From an uncultured Mycoplasmatota bacterium (lineage in GTDB: Bacteria; Bacillota_I; Bacilli_A; RF39; UBA660): 64,000 bases of DNA. The stretch's first letter is position 1. Every line of letters begins with the position of its first letter. Shown in pieces: positions 28,764-37,577 of the stretch. Where the stretch lies: contig CANPIX010000003.1 in the NCBI GenBank assembly GCA_947574215.1, positions 15,770 through 79,769 of the forward strand, written 5' to 3'. Made by a program: the position numbers and the translations under genes. Under the pieces are notes generated by a model, which was not told the origin of the DNA, did not search any database, and was given only the letters and a program-made list of their open reading frames with translations.

Positions 28764-29006
28764 CTATTTTTTAGTGTCATTATTGTTTGGACAAGTAATT
28801 TCTTGTGGTGTATTATTTTCATCTAAATACGTACATTTACAAGTCTTTCCTGTACATCTACAATCGGTTGTAGCAGAACATTTTGTACTATTCAAAATAT
28901 TTACTTTAATACTAGGCCATACAAATGCATAGAAAAATGCTGCTACGGCTGCTATTGCAACTACAGTTACTACTGTCATATTTAATTCTCCTGTTGCTTC
29001 TTTCAT
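28764..29006 (-). CDS. Flp-type prepilin-like protein with Cys-rich C-terminal domain (paralog 1 of 3)
   Basis: MKEATGELNMTVVTVVAIAAVAAFF, then CSATTDCRCTGKTCKCTYL...CPNNN. Confidence 0.5.
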   Translation of the reverse strand: MKEATGELNMTVVTVVAIAAVAAFFYAFVWPSIKVNILNSTKCSATTDCRCTGKTCKCTYLDENNTPQEITCPNNNDTKK

Positions 29007-29081
29007 TTATTATATACCTCCTCTATTATATTTTTTATTATATCTTTTTTTAAAAATAATATCAATATTTTCTATTAAAGG

Positions 29082-29870
29082 TTACATTCCCATTAACATT
29101 AAAACAGCAAAAATCAATAAAATCATAACACCTAACCCAGTAGTTATTAACATACTCATCGTTTTGGATTCCATTTTTTCTAAACGTTCTTTGTATCTTG
29201 TTTCTCTTGCTTTTTGTTGTAGATTGGATATTGTTTTGGAAAATGCTAGTAACTGTTCTTGTTTATGCTCTTGTCTTCCTAAACTTAAACGATACAAAAG
29301 TCTCATCATACGCATTGAATCTCTTACAGGATATTCTTTCGCAAAATTAATGTAAGGATCTATTTTGTCATTCCCCGCATTAATTTCATTTATTAACTCT
29401 TGTAATCCTTCTCTAAAAATTTCTGGTGCATCGTTAATTGATTTACCGATTGCTACTGGTACTGTATAATGTTGAATTAATATTTCTAAGCTTTTTAAAT
29501 AATGTGGTAACATTGAATTAATTTCGTGTAAATGTGCTTTATAATACTTTTTTATATTGAAGTAATCTAATTTAAATACTAAATAACCTCCAATAAAACA
29601 AAATAAAATTGTAACATAATTAAGTTTTGAAATAAAACAAAAAACAAGTACAATAATTGTAATTAAACCATTGCGTATTCTTTTGTTAAATAGAATATCA
29701 CTATTTACACCCTCTCCAAATTTGGCTTTTACATAAAAATCCCAATCATCTTCTTTTAGCTTTCGAAAATATACTTCATTGTCGGCGATAAAGCGGTTTG
29801 CACTAATTCTTCCTGTATAATTCATAACGTAAAGTATTATAACTCCTATAATTAAAATTTCAATGGCCAT
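29082..29870 (-). CDS. TadC-like platform protein (type II secretion system F-domain family)
   Basis: Topology matches TadB/TadC: an N-terminal TM, a cytoplasmic helical domain, and C-terminal TMs. Sits beside the TadA ATPase. Confidence 0.45.
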   Translation of the reverse strand: MAIEILIIGVIILYVMNYTGRISANRFIADNEVYFRKLKEDDWDFYVKAKFGEGVNSDILFNKRIRNGLITIIVLVFCFISKLNYVTILFCFIGGYLVFKLDYFNIKKYYKAHLHEINSMLPHYLKSLEILIQHYTVPVAIGKSINDAPEIFREGLQELINEINAGNDKIDPYINFAKEYPVRDSMRMMRLLYRLSLGRQEHKQEQLLAFSKTISNLQQKARETRYKERLEKMESKTMSMLITTGLGVMILLIFAVLMLMGM

Positions 29871-29871
29871 A

Positions 29872-30765
29872 CTATTCTACCCCCACATCTTGATTGTAAT
29901 ATTTTTCTCCACTTAGTAAGAAATAACAATTGATGAGAATGATGGCGTGTAAAATAAGCTTTACGTACCATATTTCCAATAATTCAATATAACTATCCGT
30001 TCCTAATAAAAATTGCATTGCCATTACAAGTAAGAACAAAGCAAGTCCAAAGGTAATAAAACGTTTGTGAAAATTTTTACGGTCTGCTTGGTCACGGTAA
30101 ACACCTTCTACCAAAGCATCGATATCTTGCGACATATTCTCTAAAGCTTCTCCTGAATCTTTTGCTCCTTCTTTCGTAATTTGTAAGAATAGTTGATTCA
30201 TATTTTTAACCATATAAAATGGATATTTTTCGTTAAAATAATCAATGGATTCGTCAATTGTTCCATTTTGATAAGACATTTCAATCATAGTTCTTACATC
30301 TTGTAAAACAGGATCTTCTAAAATACCTGAATCTCTTACACCTTCTAAAGATTTTACAAAACTCTGTGTTGTTGTAAATTCCATAATGACATTGGTTGTG
30401 TAAATTTGAATTTGTTCAAAAATAAATTCACTGTATATTTTTTGATAACGTAGATAAGATAAGTAAGGAATAAATGCAATGGCCACTATAGCGTATAAAA
30501 TCATTATCACTATATTATAAAAATAAAGATAAGAAATTCCGCCTGCTATAGCGGCAAACATAACAATTTGGCTAGTGTATTGTCGAACAGTAAATTCTTG
30601 CCCCAAATTTTTTACTTTTTCTCTTACTTCTTTATAACTATAAGGAGCAAACTTATCATATGTATCTTTTACTTGTGTAATAAAGAAACGATACACATTT
30701 TCTCCATTGTTTTGACGATAAGAAACTACATAGATTCCTATAATCCATAAAAGTATTAATTCCAT
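29872..30765 (-). CDS. TadB-like platform protein (type II secretion system F-domain family)
   Basis: Same topology as the neighbouring paralog; 2-nt gap between the two genes. Confidence 0.45.
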   Translation of the reverse strand: MELILLWIIGIYVVSYRQNNGENVYRFFITQVKDTYDKFAPYSYKEVREKVKNLGQEFTVRQYTSQIVMFAAIAGGISYLYFYNIVIMILYAIVAIAFIPYLSYLRYQKIYSEFIFEQIQIYTTNVIMEFTTTQSFVKSLEGVRDSGILEDPVLQDVRTMIEMSYQNGTIDESIDYFNEKYPFYMVKNMNQLFLQITKEGAKDSGEALENMSQDIDALVEGVYRDQADRKNFHKRFITFGLALFLLVMAMQFLLGTDSYIELLEIWYVKLILHAIILINCYFLLSGEKYYNQDVGVE

Positions 30766-30779
30766 ATTGCTCCTACTTT

Positions 30780-31901
30780 CTATATTGTACTTGCTACATT
30801 TCGATTTATAAAAGTAGCATTACTTGTATTTGAGGAAGAGATCGTTCCTGTTTTAAATATATTTTCTGGTAAAATAACACCTTGCACAGATAGATAATCT
30901 CTTAAATGTTTGGTTGGATTGTTTAAAGACAATTTTCCATCCATTGATTTTTGATAAATCGTATTCACTTGAGGTTTGTTATCTTCATCAACATAAAATT
31001 CACAAATTTCCATAATTTCTCTTTGAAAACGTCCAAGTTCTTTACTCATGTATCCTTTTACATATACGCCAATTTGTACATAACGATGAATTGTTGCTAA
31101 AAACTGTTCAACTTCTTGATTGGTTTCTAATAAACTATACATACGCATTGGAATAGAAGACGCTTTATCTGAGTGAATTGTTGATAAAATATGATGCCCT
31201 GATGAAATTGAATTACGAACGGCAAGGACAGCTTCTGCACTACGCACTTCGGATAATAATATCCAAATGGGATTTTGACGCATACAAGTCACCAAAACAT
31301 CTGTATAAGAGGCAATATTGTTGGTTTTCATCGCCACTATATCTCGATGAGGAAAAATACGATCCAAATGAAGTTCCAATGTATCTTCTATTGTAATGAT
31401 TTTTTCATCTTCTTTTGTAGTACTTGCCAGATATTTTACAAGTTCTGTTTTTCCTGAACCTGTTTCTCCACTTACAATAATGTTTGCATGTCCTTGTACA
31501 CATTGTAATAAAAATTCAAGTAAATCAGAGGAAACGTAGCGTTCATTTATTAATTTTTCTTTGTTTAGACGGATTTTTGCTGGAGTTTTACGAATTAAAC
31601 AAGCAATACCGTTTGTAGCTATAGAATCATGAATAAAATTCAAACGCAATTCAGTAGACTCTGCGTCCAAAAAAGGATGAGCCATATTAAAGGTTTTTCC
31701 CATAACATTTGAACATTGAAACGCTAATTTTTCCATTAAAGCGTTGTTAATCTCTGGGCGTTCAACTTTATAAACACCTTTTGAAAGCGTTTTTACCCAA
31801 ACTTGTCCACCATTACTGTAAGAGATATCTGTTACGTCGTCCACCCTTAAAAACTCTTCAATTGGACCAAAATCCAATTGGGAAAAGATAGCATCATCCA
31901 T
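30780..31901 (-). CDS. TadA/CpaF-family secretion ATPase (VirB11/GspE superfamily)
   Basis: Walker A IIVSGETGSGKTE. CpaF-type motif RQNPIWILLSEVRSAEA. His box STIHS. Confidence 0.75.
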   Translation of the reverse strand: MDDAIFSQLDFGPIEEFLRVDDVTDISYSNGGQVWVKTLSKGVYKVERPEINNALMEKLAFQCSNVMGKTFNMAHPFLDAESTELRLNFIHDSIATNGIACLIRKTPAKIRLNKEKLINERYVSSDLLEFLLQCVQGHANIIVSGETGSGKTELVKYLASTTKEDEKIITIEDTLELHLDRIFPHRDIVAMKTNNIASYTDVLVTCMRQNPIWILLSEVRSAEAVLAVRNSISSGHHILSTIHSDKASSIPMRMYSLLETNQEVEQFLATIHRYVQIGVYVKGYMSKELGRFQREIMEICEFYVDEDNKPQVNTIYQKSMDGKLSLNNPTKHLRDYLSVQGVILPENIFKTGTISSSNTSNATFINRNVASTI

Positions 31902-31936
31902 GGTGCAAACACCCTCTTTCCTATTCTTTTATTCTT

Positions 31937-32803
31937 TTATTGATTGTTTGTTGTATTGTCATTATTGTTATTATCATTATTATTGTTATTAGTATTATTG
32001 TTATTATTTGAATTTGTTATATTTTGCGGAATTGTTGCACTCTTCGCTAAAATGAAGCTTTTAATATAGTCACTTGAAACATTTGTTTCTCCAGGGTTCG
32101 CACTATAAGAAGCATTTCTTGGAATTGGGTTGATTTCAATAGAAGATCCAGTAATATATCCCGCTTTCATAAGTAATTCATACATTTCATTCGGTACAGC
32201 AAATAATAATTCTGCTGGTGTACGCGTTTCTACAGTCGTTTCAAAAACATGATTTCCTTGGCTGTCTTTAACAGCTAATACTTCAATACTTTCAATAAAT
32301 TTTCCATACATAACTAGTCCTGTATCGTCTACACCTTTAAAATACAAATCAATATAATTTCCAGGATAAATAGAGTTTCCATAAGTTGTATGTAAATCAA
32401 CACTCAAACTATAAATTGTGTATCCATCAGGAATATTAGCAAAAGCACTATCTGGCATTTCATTTTTGGTTAATATTTGTGATTTATAAAACATGCTATT
32501 TGCTGGTACAGTTGTTCCAAAAGCAATATAGTTGTTAATTAGTTCACTTGCGTTGGTAATTAAATTAGAACTATTTTTAACTACGCTACTTGAAACTTCC
32601 ATATATCCTATCATATCGCTAGTTATTAATGTACGACTAGATAATTCCTCTTTGGCATAAGGAACAGTAATTGGTGTTGTTGCTTGTTTCACACGATAAT
32701 TGTATCCTATATATATAACCAATATACCAAGTAACACCCCTAAAATTGTTACAGTATTTTTATTTGCTAAAAATCTTTTTACTGTTGTTAATACATTTCC
32801 CAT
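31937..32803 (-). CDS. CpaB/RcpC-like Flp pilus assembly protein (SAF domain) with poly-Asn tail
   Basis: N-terminal TM helix. SAF-like segment TTPITVPYAKEELSSRTLITSDMIGYMEV. Beta-clip-like segment IEVLAVKD...LLFAVPNEMYELLMKAGYITGSSIE. C-terminus NNNNNTNNNNNDNNNNDNTTNNQ. Confidence 0.55.
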   Translation of the reverse strand: MGNVLTTVKRFLANKNTVTILGVLLGILVIYIGYNYRVKQATTPITVPYAKEELSSRTLITSDMIGYMEVSSSVVKNSSNLITNASELINNYIAFGTTVPANSMFYKSQILTKNEMPDSAFANIPDGYTIYSLSVDLHTTYGNSIYPGNYIDLYFKGVDDTGLVMYGKFIESIEVLAVKDSQGNHVFETTVETRTPAELLFAVPNEMYELLMKAGYITGSSIEINPIPRNASYSANPGETNVSSDYIKSFILAKSATIPQNITNSNNNNNTNNNNNDNNNNDNTTNNQ

Positions 32804-32931
32804 TTTTTTCCTCCTAATATGTATTTTTACAAATTTAGATTTTTTAAGATATCTATAAACTTATTTTTATATTAAACCAAATCTTTAGTTTAATTCTCAT
32901 TTACTTATACACTTCTTGGCATATTCAAATA

Positions 32932-33336
32932 TTATTGTGCATTTAATTCTAAAATAGCATCCACTTTATTCACAATATCAAATGTAGTCTGATCCCCTGC
33001 TACAATAAAACTTCTTGTTTTACTAGCGACTTTCACACTTACCTTTGGTGGGGCTTCATAAATTCCATAAAAGGAAATTTCATAGGTATTTAGACTTACG
33101 TTTTCGGCAAATCTTCTTAGAAAAGATTCAATAAATTTCTCACGATCTATTTTTAATTCACCATATTCACGATAATATCCATAATTTACAGCATCCACCA
33201 TGGCGGCTTCTGTTACTTCTTTTATTAAATAATAATCTTCTGTATTTTGTGTGGTAATGTTTGAGATTAACATCATAATTACAACCACAAATACACCTAA
33301 CATAATTAACCAATAACCCCAGTAAGATTCTTTCAC
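32932..33336 (-). CDS. Small N-terminally anchored protein (minor pilin-like)
   Basis: N-terminal TM helix followed by a roughly 100-aa extracytoplasmic domain. Sits between the adhesin and cpaB. Confidence 0.35.
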   Translation of the reverse strand: MKESYWGYWLIMLGVFVVVIMMLISNITTQNTEDYYLIKEVTEAAMVDAVNYGYYREYGELKIDREKFIESFLRRFAENVSLNTYEISFYGIYEAPPKVSVKVASKTRSFIVAGDQTTFDIVNKVDAILELNAQ

Positions 33337-33352
33337 TAGTTAATCACCTCTT

Positions 33353-36160
33353 CTATTTCCAAGCAGGTCCTGTATTACTGTTTTTTTCTCCTGACCATAA
33401 GGTCCAAGTTTTATTTCTTTTGATTTCTTCAAAAAAGCCTTTTCGTTTTCCTTCATCTAAGAAAGTGCTTGTTCCATAGGCATTTGGAACATTTTCCATA
33501 TCATGATATTGTAAATCCTCTGCAACATACGTTCCTGTTTCTTTATTGTAATCTCGAATTGCTTTCATTGTTGTTGCATCAAGCCTGTAAACGTACTGTG
33601 CTTCTTTATATACATTTTCACCAGTTTCTTCTATTTCTTTTATAGTTTCCTTACCTTTTTCATTGGTTAAATTATTTCCTAATGGTCGTCCACTTGGATT
33701 TACTTCACTTCCAATAATTCTCCAGAAGAAAGTGCTTTCATCTCCATCAAATATACAGTTTGTACAATAAACGTCACAATCTGGACATTGTGGTTTTGGA
33801 TCTGGAATAATACAATTATTACCACTTGGATCCAAACATTCATAATCACAATCTGGACAGTCTACTACATACACACAAACGTATTGAAGGCCTGCAGTTG
33901 TAGATTTGCCTAGTGCTTTAGCAACATCATCTAATCGACCGTTATTGCAACCAACATTTTGATTGTATTGTCCTAATTTAGAAAAATTCAAATTCCAATT
34001 GTACACTCCTGTAGGTGTATTTAAAGCAATTGGGAATACAGTTCCTAAATAAGAATAATTGTAACGGATATTGCTTGGATCGGAAACAGTATCAATGGTT
34101 CCATGTGGGTAATTCGTTTGAAATTGTTGTTGATTGTTATAAGCTGCTTCTCCAGTAGATTCTTTTTTCATATGGTATACATGATTTACCAAAGTCGATA
34201 TTTTTTCTGCTGCTGTTACTTCATTTGAAGTATTGCATCCATTTTCATCACAATAAGCGTAGTTATGATTTTCTAAATTTCCACCAGCTGTTGTAGTGTA
34301 CGCATTATCGATGGTTTTATTTTGTGAATACCCTGTTGATACATCCTTTGAAATATTACTATAAATTTGTTCGTAATTGATACTGCCTGTGTATTGTTCA
34401 TCGTATTGGAAGAAAACATCTGGATTTAAACACAACTCGTTTTTCCATCCATAACATTCTTCCATATGTTTAATCATTTGAATCAAATTGTTTCTGGCTG
34501 CAATCATATTATTTTTGGCTGTTGCAACGGCCGCTTCAAAATCATAATTATTTGTAGATGTTTTGTTGGATTCTGACCAATCTGGGAAGCAATCTAAACC
34601 ACCATTACCATTATCCGAAATGTGTCCACTACACGTTCTTTCACAAGAGCCTGTTGTTCCCCAAACACGTCCTTCTGTTGTTCCCGTTTTTGCATTTGGT
34701 GTACAAACTCCTGTTTTGGTGTTACAAGTAGCAGCCCATCCATTATAAGATGAAGATTTAATTTCATAATGAGGCCCTATTTTTGTTCCATTGCAACCAC
34801 TATCGTATTGTGGTGTTGCATTCGCTGCTAGTTCTTTTTCTTTAATTGCTTTTTGATAAGCATCAGCAGCGTTTATCATATTTTTTTGTGCTTCGGTTAC
34901 ATCTGCAATAAATTTTTCTATATTGATGTTTGTCGTTTCTGTATCTCCAGTTGGATTTCCCGTGTAGCAAGTTCTTTTTGCGTTAACCACTGTGTTTGTA
35001 AGATTAAAGTATCTACCACTATCGGAATATCTTGCTCCTGGCATTGTGATTTCATAATCTTCTTTACAGAATACTGCGCAATACGGATTATTTTCACTAA
35101 CTTGTCCATCTAGCATTTGATAAGTATTTCCTGCTTCATCGGAATGATTTAATATACAATATTTAACATCTTTTGGAGCAGTAATGGTTATTTTTTCCTC
35201 TCCTGCATCGTCGCAATAAGAAGGAACTTGAATATCCGTTTTTTGTGTACATTTATCTTCTTTGTTTCCATCACAATACTTTTTATAATAATTTCCACCT
35301 GTAGAGGCATCAATCGTTCCTTTAAAGGTTTGAGTAACTTTATTGCCTGTAACAGAAGTTCCTGAATTATTTCCAGAAGTGGCTCCATTTGATTCTGCAG
35401 TTCCATTAATTGTAAATACAGTACCTTGAATATTTCCACTTCCAGAACAATAAATTACTTTAGAAGTTGTCACATTGTTATCTTGAACGTTGTTACCGTT
35501 TCCATCGTATTTCGCTATGATTGTAAAATCACAACCATTTGTAACGGTTACGCTTATAGATCCTGTTGTTCCATTCCAATTTTGAGAATTAATTTGACAA
35601 TTTGAGCATTCAAAAGTTACATTTTGTAAAGCAACTGGGGAATATAAACTGTAATTTACGGTATTTTCACGTCCACCAGCTTTTGTAAAAGTTATTTTTC
35701 CTCCAGCTCCTCCAGCGTAGTTGTTAGCATTTGTTAATAACGCATTTACTTGATCCATCGTTCCATTTGAAGAAACAACTTGATGATTGGTTTGAGCAAT
35801 TCCAATTTGCTGTGCAATTACACGAGACGCTAATTGTTTTACTTTGTGGCTTGCGTTCGGATCATTTAATACATAACTTAAAGCGGGAGAAGATATTTCT
35901 TGACATGTAACGGACGCTACATCATTTCCTCCACCCATAGTCATTCCAAAATCGACACAATACGCTTCATTGTCTTTATTATTGTATCTAACGTTAATAT
36001 GATAATCTTGATAATGTTTTCCATTATCGTATTCTATAGTGTTATCGGGTTTCCCATTTTGGCTTACCCAAGCTACACCATTGCTTGCACTTGCTTGCAC
36101 TGGAAATGCAACAATTGCTAAAGCCATAATAAATACTAATTTCAGCTTATTTTTTTTCAT
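33353..36160 (-). CDS. Large secreted Cys/Thr/Gly/Asn-rich protein (935 aa), candidate pilus-associated adhesin
   Basis: Clear signal peptide ending AFPVQASA. More than 40 Cys spread through the protein. No TM helix or LPXTG motif. Confidence 0.5.
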   Translation of the reverse strand: MKKNKLKLVFIMALAIVAFPVQASASNGVAWVSQNGKPDNTIEYDNGKHYQDYHINVRYNNKDNEAYCVDFGMTMGGGNDVASVTCQEISSPALSYVLNDPNASHKVKQLASRVIAQQIGIAQTNHQVVSSNGTMDQVNALLTNANNYAGGAGGKITFTKAGGRENTVNYSLYSPVALQNVTFECSNCQINSQNWNGTTGSISVTVTNGCDFTIIAKYDGNGNNVQDNNVTTSKVIYCSGSGNIQGTVFTINGTAESNGATSGNNSGTSVTGNKVTQTFKGTIDASTGGNYYKKYCDGNKEDKCTQKTDIQVPSYCDDAGEEKITITAPKDVKYCILNHSDEAGNTYQMLDGQVSENNPYCAVFCKEDYEITMPGARYSDSGRYFNLTNTVVNAKRTCYTGNPTGDTETTNINIEKFIADVTEAQKNMINAADAYQKAIKEKELAANATPQYDSGCNGTKIGPHYEIKSSSYNGWAATCNTKTGVCTPNAKTGTTEGRVWGTTGSCERTCSGHISDNGNGGLDCFPDWSESNKTSTNNYDFEAAVATAKNNMIAARNNLIQMIKHMEECYGWKNELCLNPDVFFQYDEQYTGSINYEQIYSNISKDVSTGYSQNKTIDNAYTTTAGGNLENHNYAYCDENGCNTSNEVTAAEKISTLVNHVYHMKKESTGEAAYNNQQQFQTNYPHGTIDTVSDPSNIRYNYSYLGTVFPIALNTPTGVYNWNLNFSKLGQYNQNVGCNNGRLDDVAKALGKSTTAGLQYVCVYVVDCPDCDYECLDPSGNNCIIPDPKPQCPDCDVYCTNCIFDGDESTFFWRIIGSEVNPSGRPLGNNLTNEKGKETIKEIEETGENVYKEAQYVYRLDATTMKAIRDYNKETGTYVAEDLQYHDMENVPNAYGTSTFLDEGKRKGFFEEIKRNKTWTLWSGEKNSNTGPAWK

Positions 36161-36915
36161 AGTACTCTACTCCTTTTTCTTTTTATAAGTATCGTACTAG
36201 TAATACCCCCTATTATTAGCACAGTTCCAATACCTGAAATGTTAATTATCATTGCATTTCGTTCATAGAACTCTTTTATTTTTTTCCAAAAACTTTTATT
36301 TTCATGTTCAGCTTGTTCTTCTTTTTCTTTTTCCTTTTTGTAATCTTTTACTTTTGTAAGGAATTCATCTATATCTATATTTTCAGATGAAATATATTCT
36401 TGACAGTAGTAGAAACCAGGATTTTCTTGACACGCTGTCATTTTGGAATATGAGTTGTAAATTGGTGTTACAATTGTAAATTTCCGAAACATCTCACCTA
36501 CACAAGAATATTTATTTGAATAGATTTCAATCGTATACGTAACTAAATTGCTTACTCCTTTAACCTGAAAATTAGCAGTCCCCTCAACTGTATCTTTATA
36601 ATAATACGTGTGAGTATCTTTATTTATATTGTTGCTTACTTTGACATAAATGGCATCCGTTATATTTAATACGCTAATTTTAAAGCCTTTCGAATAATTA
36701 TCAATTTCTGGAATATTCCCTTTTTCATCTGGATTATCAATGTCAAGTACTTTTCCTTCATAAATATCGACTGCTTCATAGGTTGCTTTTACATTGGCAA
36801 CTATATCGTTTATTTTCGCTTGTTCTGAATAACTACAAGCGCTTTGCGCTTTTACAAAATTTGGAATGCAAAATATAATCGCTAGTAAAAACAATTTTTT
36901 AAAATTTGTTTTCAT
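36157..36915 (-). CDS. Secreted protein with C-terminal TM anchor, first gene of the cluster
   Basis: Signal peptide, a roughly 200-aa domain, and a C-terminal hydrophobic helix followed by the tail KRKRSRVL. RBS GGTGG before the ATG. Confidence 0.45.
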   Translation of the reverse strand: MKTNFKKLFLLAIIFCIPNFVKAQSACSYSEQAKINDIVANVKATYEAVDIYEGKVLDIDNPDEKGNIPEIDNYSKGFKISVLNITDAIYVKVSNNINKDTHTYYYKDTVEGTANFQVKGVSNLVTYTIEIYSNKYSCVGEMFRKFTIVTPIYNSYSKMTACQENPGFYYCQEYISSENIDIDEFLTKVKDYKKEKEKEEQAEHENKSFWKKIKEFYERNAMIINISGIGTVLIIGGITSTILIKRKRSRVL

Positions 36916-36945
36916 CTAATCCACCCAACCTAAATAATCTGCACC

Positions 36946-36974
36946 TATTGTAACATAGAGTTTTTGTAAATACA
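36946..36974 (-). promoter_or_regulatory. Candidate promoter for the minus-strand cluster (TTGTAT-17-TACAAT)
   Basis: Read from the reverse complement of the 36916..37135 divergent intergenic region. Confidence 0.3.
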
Positions 36975-37135
36975 AGGCTAAATTAAAGGGTAAAAAGAAA
37001 TGTTTTATAATTAAAAAACTTGAAAAATTTAACCTATAAATTTGAATAGATCCTTAATTTTTATCCTACGTTTTTTTAGAATACAAATTGCCATTTTTAT
37101 TTTAATATGATATATTTTAAAAGGTGATATAATAT

Positions 37136-37576
37136 ATGAAAAATAAAAAATTTGTTTTCTTATTTCTTGTTCTTCTTATTACAGTTAGTTTTTTAGGATA
37201 CTTCTTCTTATTTCATACAAAAAAGCAAGAATCTAAACTCATATCCATTACAGCAAATGAACTTGAAAATAAGATACAAAATAAAGATACGTTTGTATTG
37301 GTAGTTAGTCAAACTGGATGTAGCCATTGTCAACAATATTTACCAGAGCTAGAGATCGCTTTACAAGAGGTTCATTTAAATGCTTATGTTTTAAATCTTT
37401 CAAATCTTGACAAAGAAGGGAATGCTTTATTCTCAAAATATATTAATATTTCTGGTACGCCAACGACTGTATTTTTTTCAGAGGGAGTAGAAACAACAGC
37501 ATTAAATCGAATCGTAGGCTATGCTTCTAAAGCAAAAATTATAGAAAGATTTAAAAGTTTAGGGTACGTGAAATAA
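37136..37576 (+). CDS. Membrane-anchored thioredoxin-like protein (CxxC)
   Basis: N-terminal TM helix and a CSHC motif in VVSQTGCSHCQQYLPEL. RBS AAAGGTGA. Confidence 0.55.
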   Translation: MKNKKFVFLFLVLLITVSFLGYFFLFHTKKQESKLISITANELENKIQNKDTFVLVVSQTGCSHCQQYLPELEIALQEVHLNAYVLNLSNLDKEGNALFSKYINISGTPTTVFFSEGVETTALNRIVGYASKAKIIERFKSLGYVK

Positions 37577-37577
37577 T

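Noticed and set aside
28324-28932. 202-aa plus-strand ORF spanning the three pilin genes
   Set aside because: It is antisense to three well-supported tandem paralogous genes. Its own sequence is internally repetitive because it reads the repeats backwards. No RBS or start context. It is an artefact of the triplicated DNA.
34563-35439. Several 60-86-aa ORFs on both strands inside the 935-aa adhesin gene
   Set aside because: All are nested in alternative frames of a continuous 2.8-kb ORF with a clear signal peptide.
36916-37135. Possible att site or element boundary in the divergent intergenic region upstream of the cluster
   Set aside because: Only promoter-like hexamers and RBSs are discernible. 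No direct or inverted repeats matching the other cluster end could be identified by eye. Left as part of the relaxase/integrase-absence finding.
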